From Leptolyngbyales cyanobacterium (GTDB lineage: Bacteria; Cyanobacteriota; Cyanobacteriia; Leptolyngbyales; Leptolyngbyaceae), in contig JBBRPT010000006.1 in NCBI GenBank assembly GCA_038227635.1, positions 1 through 64,000 of the forward strand: a DNA stretch of 64,000 nucleotides, given 5' to 3'. Below the pieces are notes generated by a model. The model was not told the origin of the DNA, ran no database searches, and saw only the letters and a list, made by a program, of their open reading frames with translations. Position 1 is the first letter of the stretch; every line of letters starts with the position of its first letter. Position numbers and translations under genes: made by a program. Below, one piece after another: positions 49,994-58,498 of this stretch.

Positions 49994-51364
49994 TTACCGC
50001 CTGCCGAGAATGCGGTAGAAATTATCGGTAATGGTTTGAGGAGTGGCAAGTTGGCGATCGAGGGCAAACCTCGCCGCACTGATCATAAAACGGACGGGAA
50101 TGGTACCGGGATCTTGTCCGGCGGCAAGTCGCTGTCCTGCCAATTCCACCATCGCCATTTGCTGAGGTCCGAAGGGGATTGCCTGGGCCAGAGACTTGTT
50201 GCCAAACTGACGATACGGTTGAAAAACCATCGTATCTACGACCATTTCGGCAGCCGGATAAAAGGTTTTCATGAAATCAGGGGGAATGTCGTTGGGCGTG
50301 ACTCTGGGATAGAGCCGTTGCCAGATCCGCGTCAGATCCGCCGCCATTTTGTCAAACCCCATGCGGCGCAGCAAAATCAGGTTGATCAGCGTTCGCAGAT
50401 AGGGCGTGGGATGGACGGACATGCCGCTAAATTGAACCGTGCTGGCGGGCGATCGCCCCACCACATCCATCAACGATTCCACCGCAGCCGGACCACCCAA
50501 AACCAGAGCAAACATATCTGCCATGGTTTCTTTGTGCCAGCGTGCCCAGACCTGGGCGACCTGGGCAGGAAATTTACCTTCGGTGGTCAGGCGTTGATAG
50601 AGGCGGGCAGGGATTTCTTCCCACAATCCCAAATCTGCCTGAAGATTATGCGACACCTCATGCAGAATGCTAGAGAGTGCCCAGACATTATCTAATCGAT
50701 GTTGCGGCAACATGATCAGCGGAAACGGATTGGGATTGCGTCGCAGACGCATAATCGGCACCCCCCGACGAAAGGTTGCCGGACTAAAGCCACTGTTGGC
50801 ATAGCTAAACGGCAGCAAACTGGGCGTGGGTTGAGCCGTTCCCAGACCTACGTAGAGGTCTTCATAGCAATTGGCACAGATGCGATCGACCGATCGTAAG
50901 CGTTCGCCAAAATTAGAGAGCCGCTGGATGAATAAATCGAAGTAAAAATCCCAAATGCCTTCGACATAAAGCACCTGGCTGCCCACCTTCTGCTTGCGCT
51001 CTAACAACACTTGCAGGCGGCTGGTGGTGGGTTCTCGGCGGGCAGCGGCAGCGGCAGCTTCCACCCAGCGAGACATTTCGACTAATTGACTGCGGAATTG
51101 GTCAATGAATCGATTCACCGCTTCAATATGTGCCTCGCTTGGAGCCGCCACCCCGCTGCCAAACTCATCATTACGAAAAGGACGCAGCGATTTGGCATGG
51201 CGGGTAAGGTTAATCGACTGAATATTCAGCCAGTTATCCAGCAGGAGCCGTTCACTGGCGGTGGTTGCTCCTTTCATCACCGTTGCAGTCGCTTGCGCTG
51301 GGGCAGCAACTTTAGAATCTGAAGGCGAGTGTTGAGGCGGGGCAGAAGAGTTTGCCATGATCAC
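49994..51364 (-). CDS. cluster protein C: putative gluzincin-type metallopeptidase (HExxH)
   Basis: 456 aa with SSILHEVSHNLQADLG and a downstream WHKETMADMFALVLGG (candidate third-ligand Glu). GTG at 51364 and ATG at 51358 are both possible starts. Confidence 0.5.
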   Translation of the reverse strand: MIMANSSAPPQHSPSDSKVAAPAQATATVMKGATTASERLLLDNWLNIQSINLTRHAKSLRPFRNDEFGSGVAAPSEAHIEAVNRFIDQFRSQLVEMSRWVEAAAAAARREPTTSRLQVLLERKQKVGSQVLYVEGIWDFYFDLFIQRLSNFGERLRSVDRICANCYEDLYVGLGTAQPTPSLLPFSYANSGFSPATFRRGVPIMRLRRNPNPFPLIMLPQHRLDNVWALSSILHEVSHNLQADLGLWEEIPARLYQRLTTEGKFPAQVAQVWARWHKETMADMFALVLGGPAAVESLMDVVGRSPASTVQFSGMSVHPTPYLRTLINLILLRRMGFDKMAADLTRIWQRLYPRVTPNDIPPDFMKTFYPAAEMVVDTMVFQPYRQFGNKSLAQAIPFGPQQMAMVELAGQRLAAGQDPGTIPVRFMISAARFALDRQLATPQTITDNFYRILGRR

Positions 51365-51422
51365 GGCTTCCTGGGGGTCAAAGATTCGTGGCGTTTAGAA
51401 CGCATAGAACGCAGAACAGGGG

Positions 51423-52583
51423 TTAGCGACCTGCCGCAGCACGGCGGCTGGCACACGCCGGACACTGACCATTTCTAGTGGCGGTGGCACGGCGGGGGTT
51501 GGGAGGTGCCGTGCGTTGACGCAGAACGGCATTCCGCACGATCGCCCGTTGCACCAGTTGGGGATTGCTCAACACACGCTGGCTAGCGGCTGCCATTGCC
51601 TTGACTGCCAGAGGACCTGTGATCGGCTGACCGGATTTAGAAGCCGCTTTCAGCGTGGCGATCGTCCGTCGTTGAATGGTGGGTACGGTTCGCAGCAGTT
51701 GCCGCCCGATCGGACCTTGTTGGCGTAACGTCTTCACAAGTTGACTATTTGCCTGTGCCAAAATTGGCATCACCGGACGCAGTGCCCGTCGTCCGCCCAT
51801 AATCGTAATCGTGATCGGCAAGGCTGCGCCCAGGGTAGATTCTGCTTCGGCTTCGGTAGCGGCTTCTGCCGATTGCGCTGCTAGAAATTCGGTCAGTGCC
51901 GCTTCATGGGCGACTTCTGTATTTCCAACTTCGGCTTCCGATTCATTGGTGCCAAAGAATTCTGACTCCATCTGTCCCGCTTCCATTTCCCCTTCTTGAA
52001 CCAGGGCACTGGTGAGTTTGGCGGCAAGGGGTCCTGCGATCGGACCAATGCCCGGAATCAAGGCAGCGAGTTTACCCGCTACGATCGGAGCAAATCGCTT
52101 TGCTAGAGGAGCCGCTACTTTTGCAATCTTACCAATGCCTCGTTTGACCGCACGAAACGCTTTCTTGAAGAAATACTCACCCTCATCTTCGGGATTGGAG
52201 TAAGGATTACTGTAGTGGGCTGCTTCGTGGCTGGTTTCCCATTCATCCTCAAACTCAGGATTGGAGTAAGGATTGGAGTAAGGATTGCTGTAGTGGGCTG
52301 CTTCGTGGCTGGTTTCCCATTCATCCTCAAGCTCAGGATTGCTGTAGTGGGCTGCTTCGTGGCTGGTTTCCCATTCATCCTCAAGCTCAGGATTGCTGTA
52401 AGGATTGCTGTAATGGGCAGCTTCATGGCTGGTTTCCCATTCATCCTCAAACTCAGGATTGCTGTAGTGGGCAGCTTCGTTTTCCCATTCATCCTCAAAC
52501 TCAGGATTGCTGTAAGGATTGCTGTAATGAGCTGCTTCATGGGAAGCAGGAGCCTCAAACATTGCTTGATGTTGCGTTACCAT
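51423..52583 (-). CDS. cluster protein B: charge-segregated repeat protein
   Basis: 386 aa. MFEAP is followed by six tandem cassettes HEAAHYSNP(YSNP)n-E(F/L)EDEWETS. Next comes the cationic segment FFKKAFRAVKRGIGKIAKVAAPLAKRFAPIVAGKLAALIPGIGPIAGPLAAKL, then an acidic block (EGEMEAGQMESEFFG...EAEAES), then an Arg-rich C-terminus. Confidence 0.8.
   Translation of the reverse strand: MVTQHQAMFEAPASHEAAHYSNPYSNPEFEDEWENEAAHYSNPEFEDEWETSHEAAHYSNPYSNPELEDEWETSHEAAHYSNPELEDEWETSHEAAHYSNPYSNPYSNPEFEDEWETSHEAAHYSNPYSNPEDEGEYFFKKAFRAVKRGIGKIAKVAAPLAKRFAPIVAGKLAALIPGIGPIAGPLAAKLTSALVQEGEMEAGQMESEFFGTNESEAEVGNTEVAHEAALTEFLAAQSAEAATEAEAESTLGAALPITITIMGGRRALRPVMPILAQANSQLVKTLRQQGPIGRQLLRTVPTIQRRTIATLKAASKSGQPITGPLAVKAMAAASQRVLSNPQLVQRAIVRNAVLRQRTAPPNPRRATATRNGQCPACASRRAAAGR
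52180..52545. repeat. in-gene tandem DNA repeat (variable 51-75-bp units) encoding the HYSNP..EWE cassettes
   Basis: GTAGTGGGCTGCTTCGTGGCTGGTTTCCCATTCATCCTCAA(A/G)CTCAGGATT recurs six times, with a variable number of GGAGTAAGGATT/GCTGTAAGGATT sub-units. Confidence 0.9.
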
Positions 52584-52664
52584 TCGTAAAACTCTCCTTG
52601 TGAATTAGGGTGGGAGTACGTGTCAAGGGTTGAACCCCGATCGGGGCATTCCTGCTGCTTCAGG

Positions 52665-53555
52665 TCAAGCGGCAGCAACGGCTCGTTGTCGGATCACCGC
52701 GTTGCGAATCATTGCCTGCCTGACCATTTGGGCGTTCCCAAAAACGCGGGCAGCATGAGCCGCTATGACTCGTCGAACCAGCGTTGCCGTGATCGAACGA
52801 CCCAATCGCGGTGCCGCTCGTAAACTTGCGATCGTTCGCCGTAGAATCGTGGGAATCAGTCGGAGTAAGCGTCGCCCTGCCGTACCGCGTCGATGCAGTA
52901 AATGGACTAAATGGGCAGTTGCGGCAATCAACACAGGCATCAGCGATCGCAGCCGTCGTCTGCCCCCCGCACTCCGCACTGCGATCGGAACCACCGTGCC
53001 AATTAAAGCCGATGCTTCACTGGGATTGCGACTGTGGCTCGCTTCTGCCGCCAATACCTCGGTCAAAGCAGCTTCTTGAGCGGCTTCTGAATCACTCGCT
53101 TCGGCTTCTGCTGCATAAAGACCAAAGAATTCTGCTTCCAGATACTCTGTTTCCAGATCACCTTCTTGAAGCAAAATGCTGATGAATCTGCGCGCCATCG
53201 GAGTTGAAACTAACCCCGATCGAGGAGTCGCTCCAAGCAGCGTTCGGGCGACGATCGGAGCTAGATGTTGGGCAAACGGTGCAGTTACTCTCGCAACTTG
53301 CCGAATGCCTTGAAGGGCTTGTCTAAAGGAAAACTCTGCTTCCCACTCACTTGCCATTTCGGTATGAGGGTAATGCGAAGCTTCCTGGGTTTCCCATTCG
53401 TATTCGTCCCCCCGATAGGAGTAAGGTCGAGAATCGTGAGTTGTTCTGAACATCTCCCATTCATCGGGTCGTTGCGGATGAGAATAGTGAGTTGCTTCAA
53501 ACAGGTTATTGCTATTACCTAGTCCTTTTCCATTAGTATTCGCGTATCCACTCAT
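52665..53555 (-). CDS. cluster protein A: diverged paralogue of B
   Basis: 296 aa. LFEATHYSHPQRPDEWEMF, YRGDEYEWETQ and SHYPHTEMASEWEAEF correspond to the cassettes of B. It is then colinear with B: APFAQHLAPIVA vs APLAKRFAPIVA; LLQEGDLETEYLEAEFFG vs LVQEGEMEAGQMESEFFG; EAALTEVLAAE vs EAALTEFLAAQ; and the Arg-rich tail ..MIRNAVIRQR vs ..IVRNAVLRQR. Confidence 0.8.
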   Translation of the reverse strand: MSGYANTNGKGLGNSNNLFEATHYSHPQRPDEWEMFRTTHDSRPYSYRGDEYEWETQEASHYPHTEMASEWEAEFSFRQALQGIRQVARVTAPFAQHLAPIVARTLLGATPRSGLVSTPMARRFISILLQEGDLETEYLEAEFFGLYAAEAEASDSEAAQEAALTEVLAAEASHSRNPSEASALIGTVVPIAVRSAGGRRRLRSLMPVLIAATAHLVHLLHRRGTAGRRLLRLIPTILRRTIASLRAAPRLGRSITATLVRRVIAAHAARVFGNAQMVRQAMIRNAVIRQRAVAAA

Positions 53556-53719
53556 TAGAGTGTTCTCCCAGCATAGGCGGTTGAACTAATATGACGTTCG
53601 TCTTATATATAACAGGTGTCACTTCTAGAGTTACAGTCCCTTTCTCAAGGGTCGCTAATGGTTGGTAGCACAAACGAGCGTCACTCATTTAGGGGGCTTG
53701 GTCTAACTCAACCCCTCCA

Positions 53720-54298
53720 TGCCATTGCATTCGGATCGAGCACGGGCGGCATCCCAGTCCCTCTGAAGCAGTGCTCGATAGTCAAAGTGTGAAAAGTGCT
53801 GCCGGGGTTCAGGATGCGGTGGGTTTTAATGGGGCAAGGTGATCAAAGGACGCAAGCGATTTGCCACCGTCGATACTTTAGGCTTGGTCTTGCGCGTGTT
53901 GGTAACAGCCGCCCGTGCTGGGGAATGCGAAGGCAGCAAACAAGTGCTCCAATGAGTCCAGCAACGGGGCAAAGCGGGGTCTCGCCTACATACGATTTGG
54001 GTAGACGGCGGCTTTGACGGCAGTCCCTTCATGCAGTGGGTCATCACGGTCTGTCGGTGGATGGTGCAGGTAGTGCTGCAACCAGAGCAGACTAAAGGGT
54101 TCGTCTTGCTCAAAAAGCGCTGGGTCGTTGAGCGCACAGCCCTGGAGGCGGGTTTCCCTCCGTAGGAGACTGTGTAGAGCGGACTTTTAGTTGATGCACT
54201 GTCGTCGCTTGGTGCACGACTACGAATTGCTGCTAGAAACGTCTGAGACGTTGATCTATCTGGCAATGATTCGGATTATGGTTCGGCGCTTGGCGTAA
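53720..54298 (+). pseudogene. IS5-family DDE transposase remnant (5'-truncated, frameshifts and stops)
   Basis: Across three frames it reads ..PSPSEAVLDSQSVKSAAGVQDAVGFNGA / KVIKGRKRFATVDTLGLVLRVLVTAA...RLHTIWVDGGFDG...KKRWVVERT / VHDYELLLETSETLIYLAMIRIMVRRLA*. The track ORF 53826..54266 (-) is antisense to it. Confidence 0.75.
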
Positions 54299-54754
54299 AT
54301 TTTGACCGCTCTATACTTTAAAGCCCCCTCTAACCCAATGGGGCGATTTTCTTTCAGTACCAAGTTTCCCAGTATATACTTAATTAGCGTTGCTCTAAGC
54401 AATCGGTAGCCCGGTTGAAAAATCACACTTTAATCTCTCAGGACTTAACGTCAGAGCGTTGCTGAGCGATGCTATGGATTCGCCCCTCAACCCTATTCTG
54501 GAGGACTTCTGGACTTTCAAAGTTCCCCAGAATGGGGGATTTATAGGGCTTCCAAGAGTGCGGCGACTCAACAACTCATATCTGCATCCAGCAACGCCAA
54601 CGTCAGTTCAAACTGTTACTGTTCATTTCAAAATACTCGAAAGGTCTATCAGTATTTGCATTACCCATCGCGCTGCTCGCTTCATTAAAGTCTTTACGGT
54701 TCTCTTCTAACTCGCTCTCGAAGCATCGCGTTCTAGCTGCTTAAGGAGATACAA

Positions 54755-55168
54755 ATGGATGCTAATAATGACGAAAATCTGAGTTCAGATCCTCAAAATT
54801 TTCTGTCTTTAGACCAAGAAATTTTGCTGAACTGTTTAGTGAAAAAGGTTTCTCAAGCTGAACCTTTGAAACGTCTTCAAGCGGCTGAAGAAACGGTTAA
54901 CGAAATCATAATCGAATCTGACATTGATGGAACGCATTATTATCTTGTTCGGTGTACACCAAAGTCTGCTCTCCAAGTTAATTTGAGTCCGCGTGAGTTT
55001 GCGATCGCTCGCCTAGTTGCTCAAGGGTTTCCAAACAAATGTGTTGGTAATCAGCTCAACATTAGCCCTTGGACTGTTGCGACTCATGTCCGTCGTATTT
55101 TTGCTAAGCTAAGCGTCAATTCAAGGACGGCAATGGTATCAAAGCTGATGGAAGCAGGTTTGTTGTAG
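54755..55168 (+). CDS. LuxR/GerE-type HTH transcriptional regulator (no receiver domain)
   Basis: 137 aa. The C-terminus is LSPREFAIARLVAQGFPNKCVGNQLNISPWTVATHVRRIFAKLSV. The gene ends 5 nt before IR-R. Confidence 0.8.
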   Translation: MDANNDENLSSDPQNFLSLDQEILLNCLVKKVSQAEPLKRLQAAEETVNEIIIESDIDGTHYYLVRCTPKSALQVNLSPREFAIARLVAQGFPNKCVGNQLNISPWTVATHVRRIFAKLSVNSRTAMVSKLMEAGLL

Positions 55169-55172
55169 AAAC

Positions 55173-55266
55173 GAAAGTGTCAGAATTAAAGCTTGGCTAT
55201 TGGGCGAAATTCACTGTCTCTGATAGTCTAGGGACTCACCTAAAACTGAATCCCCATCCCGCTTTG
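55173..55266 (+). repeat. right copy of the 94-bp inverted repeat (IR-R)
   Basis: GAAAGTGTCAGAATTAAAGCTTGGCTATTGGGCGAAATTCACTGTCTCTGATAGTCTAGGGACTCACCTAAAACTGAATCCCCATCCCGCTTTG. It lies 105 nt upstream of the recombinase start. Confidence 0.85.
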
Positions 55267-55361
55267 ATGAACTGTCTCCATTGTAATTCATCGCTCACCA
55301 CTCAACTGAAACGCACCACCAGTCTCAGCCATAGCGGTTCTCAGTCTAGTCATCGATTTAG

Positions 55362-55908
<547 letters not shown>

Positions 55909-56120
55909 CGCCCGCTTTCGCCCACTCAACTTCAAACCCCTTCATCTGAGGACACCTAAACGCCTTATAGGGAAATCTTTTTGGGCGAAACCGTAACTTT
56001 CTGTTCAAATGCGCCCGCTAGTCCAAATTGAGCCTCCCCACCCTATCATTTTTGCGACAGAACCCTATACCTTAGGGTTGTGCAAAGAACCCCTTTCTCG
56101 CGCAAATCTTCGAGAACCCA

Positions 56121-57254
56121 TCACAGCAAAGATTGGAGTTGCTGGAGGTCTGCCAATGCAGCTACTAATGCAGTTTGACGGATCTCTGAAGAGAGTTCAG
56201 GATGCTTCACAACATAGGAAATCTGGGTCTGTAACTGATCTAACCCTATTCTGAGGTCGGGCATTTCGTCCTTATGGACAGGACAGAATGCCGCAGGTAG
56301 GTGAGTATCGTGATCAATAGAGGTTGCCAACACTTGCTCAATGTTTAGCCCCAACTGCTGAAGGGTTCGCTGAAGGGTTTCGATCACGCCATGCATCTCG
56401 ATCGGATCAAACACGCGCAAAATGCTGGTCTGAGTAACAATCCCTAAGTTTTGCCCCCAGTTCCAAGACACTACTAATCGTCGCACTTGGCGGTCTGCCA
56501 TCACTTGGTGAGCCGTCCAAAGAGAGTCTTCAGGACTCAGCACAAATAGCGGCGTACTCATCACCGTTTGAGCGAGAGTTTTGCGAACATCCAATCCAAG
56601 TGCCTGAAAATGAACGATATCCCGTTCGGTGACAATGCCAACAGGCTGTTGAACCAAATCGTCTGGGTTTGACGGTTCAACAATGACGATACAGCTAATT
56701 TGATGCGTCGCCATCAATTCAGTTAATTGCACAATAGGCGTGTTGGGTCGTGCCACAATCACCTGTTTGGTCATGACCTCGGCAACTCGTCGGATTTTGA
56801 GGAGGTTTGTGGGTCGCAGAATGTGGCGAATGCTCTCGATCGAGACGACTCCAATCAAACGCTGCTGATCATTGGCGATCACCAAATGACGAATGCGATG
56901 GCGACGAAACAGAAACAATGCCGCAAAGATATCGTGTAATGCCTGTTCAGACATTGAGAGCACGGGATGGTGCATTACCTCACAAATTTTTGTAGTGTGA
57001 AGGTCAGTGCCAACAGCAGTCAACTGCACCAAGTCGCGCTCGGTAAAAATGCCCTGTAGTGTTTCGCCCTGCATGACTAATACACAACTCGATCGCGCAC
57101 CATGAAGAGGATCAGTGCGGTAAATCTGTGCCGTTTCATTCATCAAACTCACTACGTCCACCAAGCAGGCATCGGGGGAGACGATTAGGGGATGACGATC
57201 GATCGCTTCAGCGAGAGGAGGAGTGCCTACTGAATAGTCGAAACCCACGGTCAT
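56121..57254 (-). CDS. CBS-domain protein (two CBS pairs) with C-terminal helical extension
   Basis: Four CBS-like units occur (..VVSLMNE...VLVM..L.GIFTERDLV.., ..HHPVLSM..RHLVIAN..LIGVVSIESI.., ..VMTKQVIVA..ISCIVIV..PVGIVTERDIV.., ..VMSTPLFVL..VRRLVVS..LGIVTQTSIL). Confidence 0.8.
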   Translation of the reverse strand: MTVGFDYSVGTPPLAEAIDRHPLIVSPDACLVDVVSLMNETAQIYRTDPLHGARSSCVLVMQGETLQGIFTERDLVQLTAVGTDLHTTKICEVMHHPVLSMSEQALHDIFAALFLFRRHRIRHLVIANDQQRLIGVVSIESIRHILRPTNLLKIRRVAEVMTKQVIVARPNTPIVQLTELMATHQISCIVIVEPSNPDDLVQQPVGIVTERDIVHFQALGLDVRKTLAQTVMSTPLFVLSPEDSLWTAHQVMADRQVRRLVVSWNWGQNLGIVTQTSILRVFDPIEMHGVIETLQRTLQQLGLNIEQVLATSIDHDTHLPAAFCPVHKDEMPDLRIGLDQLQTQISYVVKHPELSSEIRQTALVAALADLQQLQSLL

Positions 57255-57358
57255 AAAATCTGATCTAACTTAATGGATAATGAGTCAAAGATACAAGCCT
57301 TCAGAATAAAATTTCTGCTCCATCCACCACTGAACTGGGTGTTAAGGATTAAAACTTT

Positions 57359-57772
57359 CTAAACTTTTGGAGTGGACAAATCTGTCTGAGGAGGTGATTC
57401 TAACCCTTTGAGTCTGGGAGTGCGTCCATAGAGGCGATCGAGCACCCGTTTGATCGAGATGCGCTGCCATTGCTGTCCACGCTTGGTGCTGTAGCCCTGC
57501 CGATTTAGCCAGTCTGCCACTTGCTGAAGCGACTTGCCTGACTTGTGATGACGGCGGATTAAATCAATGATCTGCTGCTCGGTGGGGTCTTCGATTAGTT
57601 CACCGTCGAGCGATCGCTGCCCAAACGCAGGTGAGCCATAGCCGACATAGCCTCCCTGAGCCGCTTTCTCTTTGCGCCCTTGCTCTAATCGTTCCCACAC
57701 CTCACGATCTTGAAAATTTTCGCCCATGTGTTTGTGCTGTAGGTCACCTGACTCTAAGCATATCTCTACCAA
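57359..57772 (-). pseudogene. fragment of a serine-recombinase 'Recombinase' domain protein (catalytic domain missing)
   Basis: GGYVGYGSPAFGQR...DPTEQQIIDLIRRHHKSGKSLQQVADWLNRQGYSTKRGQQWQRISIKRVL matches the DNA-binding Recombinase domain pattern. There is no resolvase N-domain, and it abuts the next gene. Confidence 0.55.
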
Positions 57773-57793
57773 GCGATCGTGAAGCGTTTGCTG

Positions 57794-58315
57794 TTAATGA
57801 ACAAAAGTCTTGAGGAGGGATTTAGCTCGATCGATGTCCTGTGAGGTTCCTTCCACAATCAGCAAAACACGGCCGCTAGAAATCTGCTGACTGTAGGCTT
57901 TGGCTTGCTCTGAGGTCAGCCCTAAACCAATAAGTGCGCCCGTCAATCCACCCGCAGCCGTGCCAATCCCGCCGCTTAGTAGGACAAAGGCGATCGCAGA
58001 CGATAGCACCAGCGAACCCACGCCCGGCAGGGCAATCAACCCAGCGCCTAACAACAACCCAGTTACGCCGCCTGCAAGATTGCCGATTAAGAGTCCTTTC
58101 TTGAGTCCTGTTGCGGTGCCTGTCACTGCTCCATAAGCATCAGCAGGGAGTTTAGGGAACGTTGGGTAATTCTCGTCTAGTCCGTGACCCAGTAAGAAAA
58201 TCTGCGCGATCGACAAGCCCGACAGAACGAGGTGGTCGAACGCTTGTCCTGCCGCTTCACGACTAGAAAACGTTTTGATCACCTGTCTATGCTGGGTTAG
58301 AACAGTGTTTAACAT
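57794..58315 (-). CDS. membrane protein with general-stress (GSP17M/DUF1269-like) end domains and Gly-zipper TM region
   Basis: The N-terminus is VIKTFSSREAAGQAFDHLVLSGLS. The central region is G/A/L-rich (GLLIGNLAGGVTGLLLGAGLIALPGVG). The C-terminus is SEQAKAYSQQISSGRVLLIVEG. Confidence 0.45.
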   Translation of the reverse strand: MLNTVLTQHRQVIKTFSSREAAGQAFDHLVLSGLSIAQIFLLGHGLDENYPTFPKLPADAYGAVTGTATGLKKGLLIGNLAGGVTGLLLGAGLIALPGVGSLVLSSAIAFVLLSGGIGTAAGGLTGALIGLGLTSEQAKAYSQQISSGRVLLIVEGTSQDIDRAKSLLKTFVH

Positions 58316-58498
58316 TAGCTGATTCTTAGAAATTAGGTTTATTCTGTATTTTTCACTACCATTTTACCTATTTCTTTAACAAAAAAAGGGCAATTTGGTA
58401 AGTGTCAGAAAATTTTGACAAAAAAACGATCGCAGGTCAGGAGTAGCTAACCCACGATCGTACCAAAACAGAAAACCCTAATTTTGGCGGTTTGATGT

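Noticed and set aside
49973-50695. 240-aa plus-strand ORF antisense to cluster gene C, and other antisense ORFs across 44.7-53.5 kb (e.g. 45513..46221, 52765..53182)
   Set aside because: These are Arg/Gly/Ser-rich, low-complexity products, each fully nested in a longer opposite-strand ORF that carries recognisable motifs. They are typical antisense shadows in moderately GC-rich DNA.
51423-52583. RiPP multi-core precursor hypothesis for the HYSNP..EFEDEWE cassettes (faint resemblance to the microviridin/graspetide core ..YPSDWEE..)
   Set aside because: No ATP-grasp ligase, radical SAM, P450, YcaO or other known maturase is in or next to the cluster, and the cassette-bearing proteins are large with conserved non-repeat domains. 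The EWE motif also occurs on the enzymes themselves. The idea is kept only as a remote alternative, testable by metabolomics.
52115-52589. Alternative-frame and antisense ORFs (52115..52558 -, 52215..52589 +) with their own peptide repeats
   Set aside because: They are shadows of the tandem DNA repeat inside gene B. Only the frame giving HYSNP..EWE is continuous with the long non-repetitive remainder of the ORF and has a paralogue (gene A).
44138-53555. eCIS/T6SS/phage-tail cargo cluster
   Set aside because: I could not recognise any sheath, tube, baseplate, spike/PAAR, AAA+ unfoldase or tape-measure-like gene anywhere in the 64-kb window. Remote homology for D and E cannot be excluded without profile searches.
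53826-54266. 146-aa minus-strand ORF and 73-aa plus-strand ORF upstream of the operon
   Set aside because: The region translates across three plus-strand frames into an unmistakable IS5-type transposase remnant. The listed ORFs are by-products of that pseudogene.
54470-54560. Imperfect palindrome CCCTATTCTGG...CCAGAATGGGG and track ORF 54459..54710
   Set aside because: It looks like a short dispersed G/C-rich palindromic repeat of the kind common in cyanobacterial intergenic DNA. The ORF has no start context or motif. The shared CTATTCTGG string with the MITE target site at 41037 is most likely coincidental.
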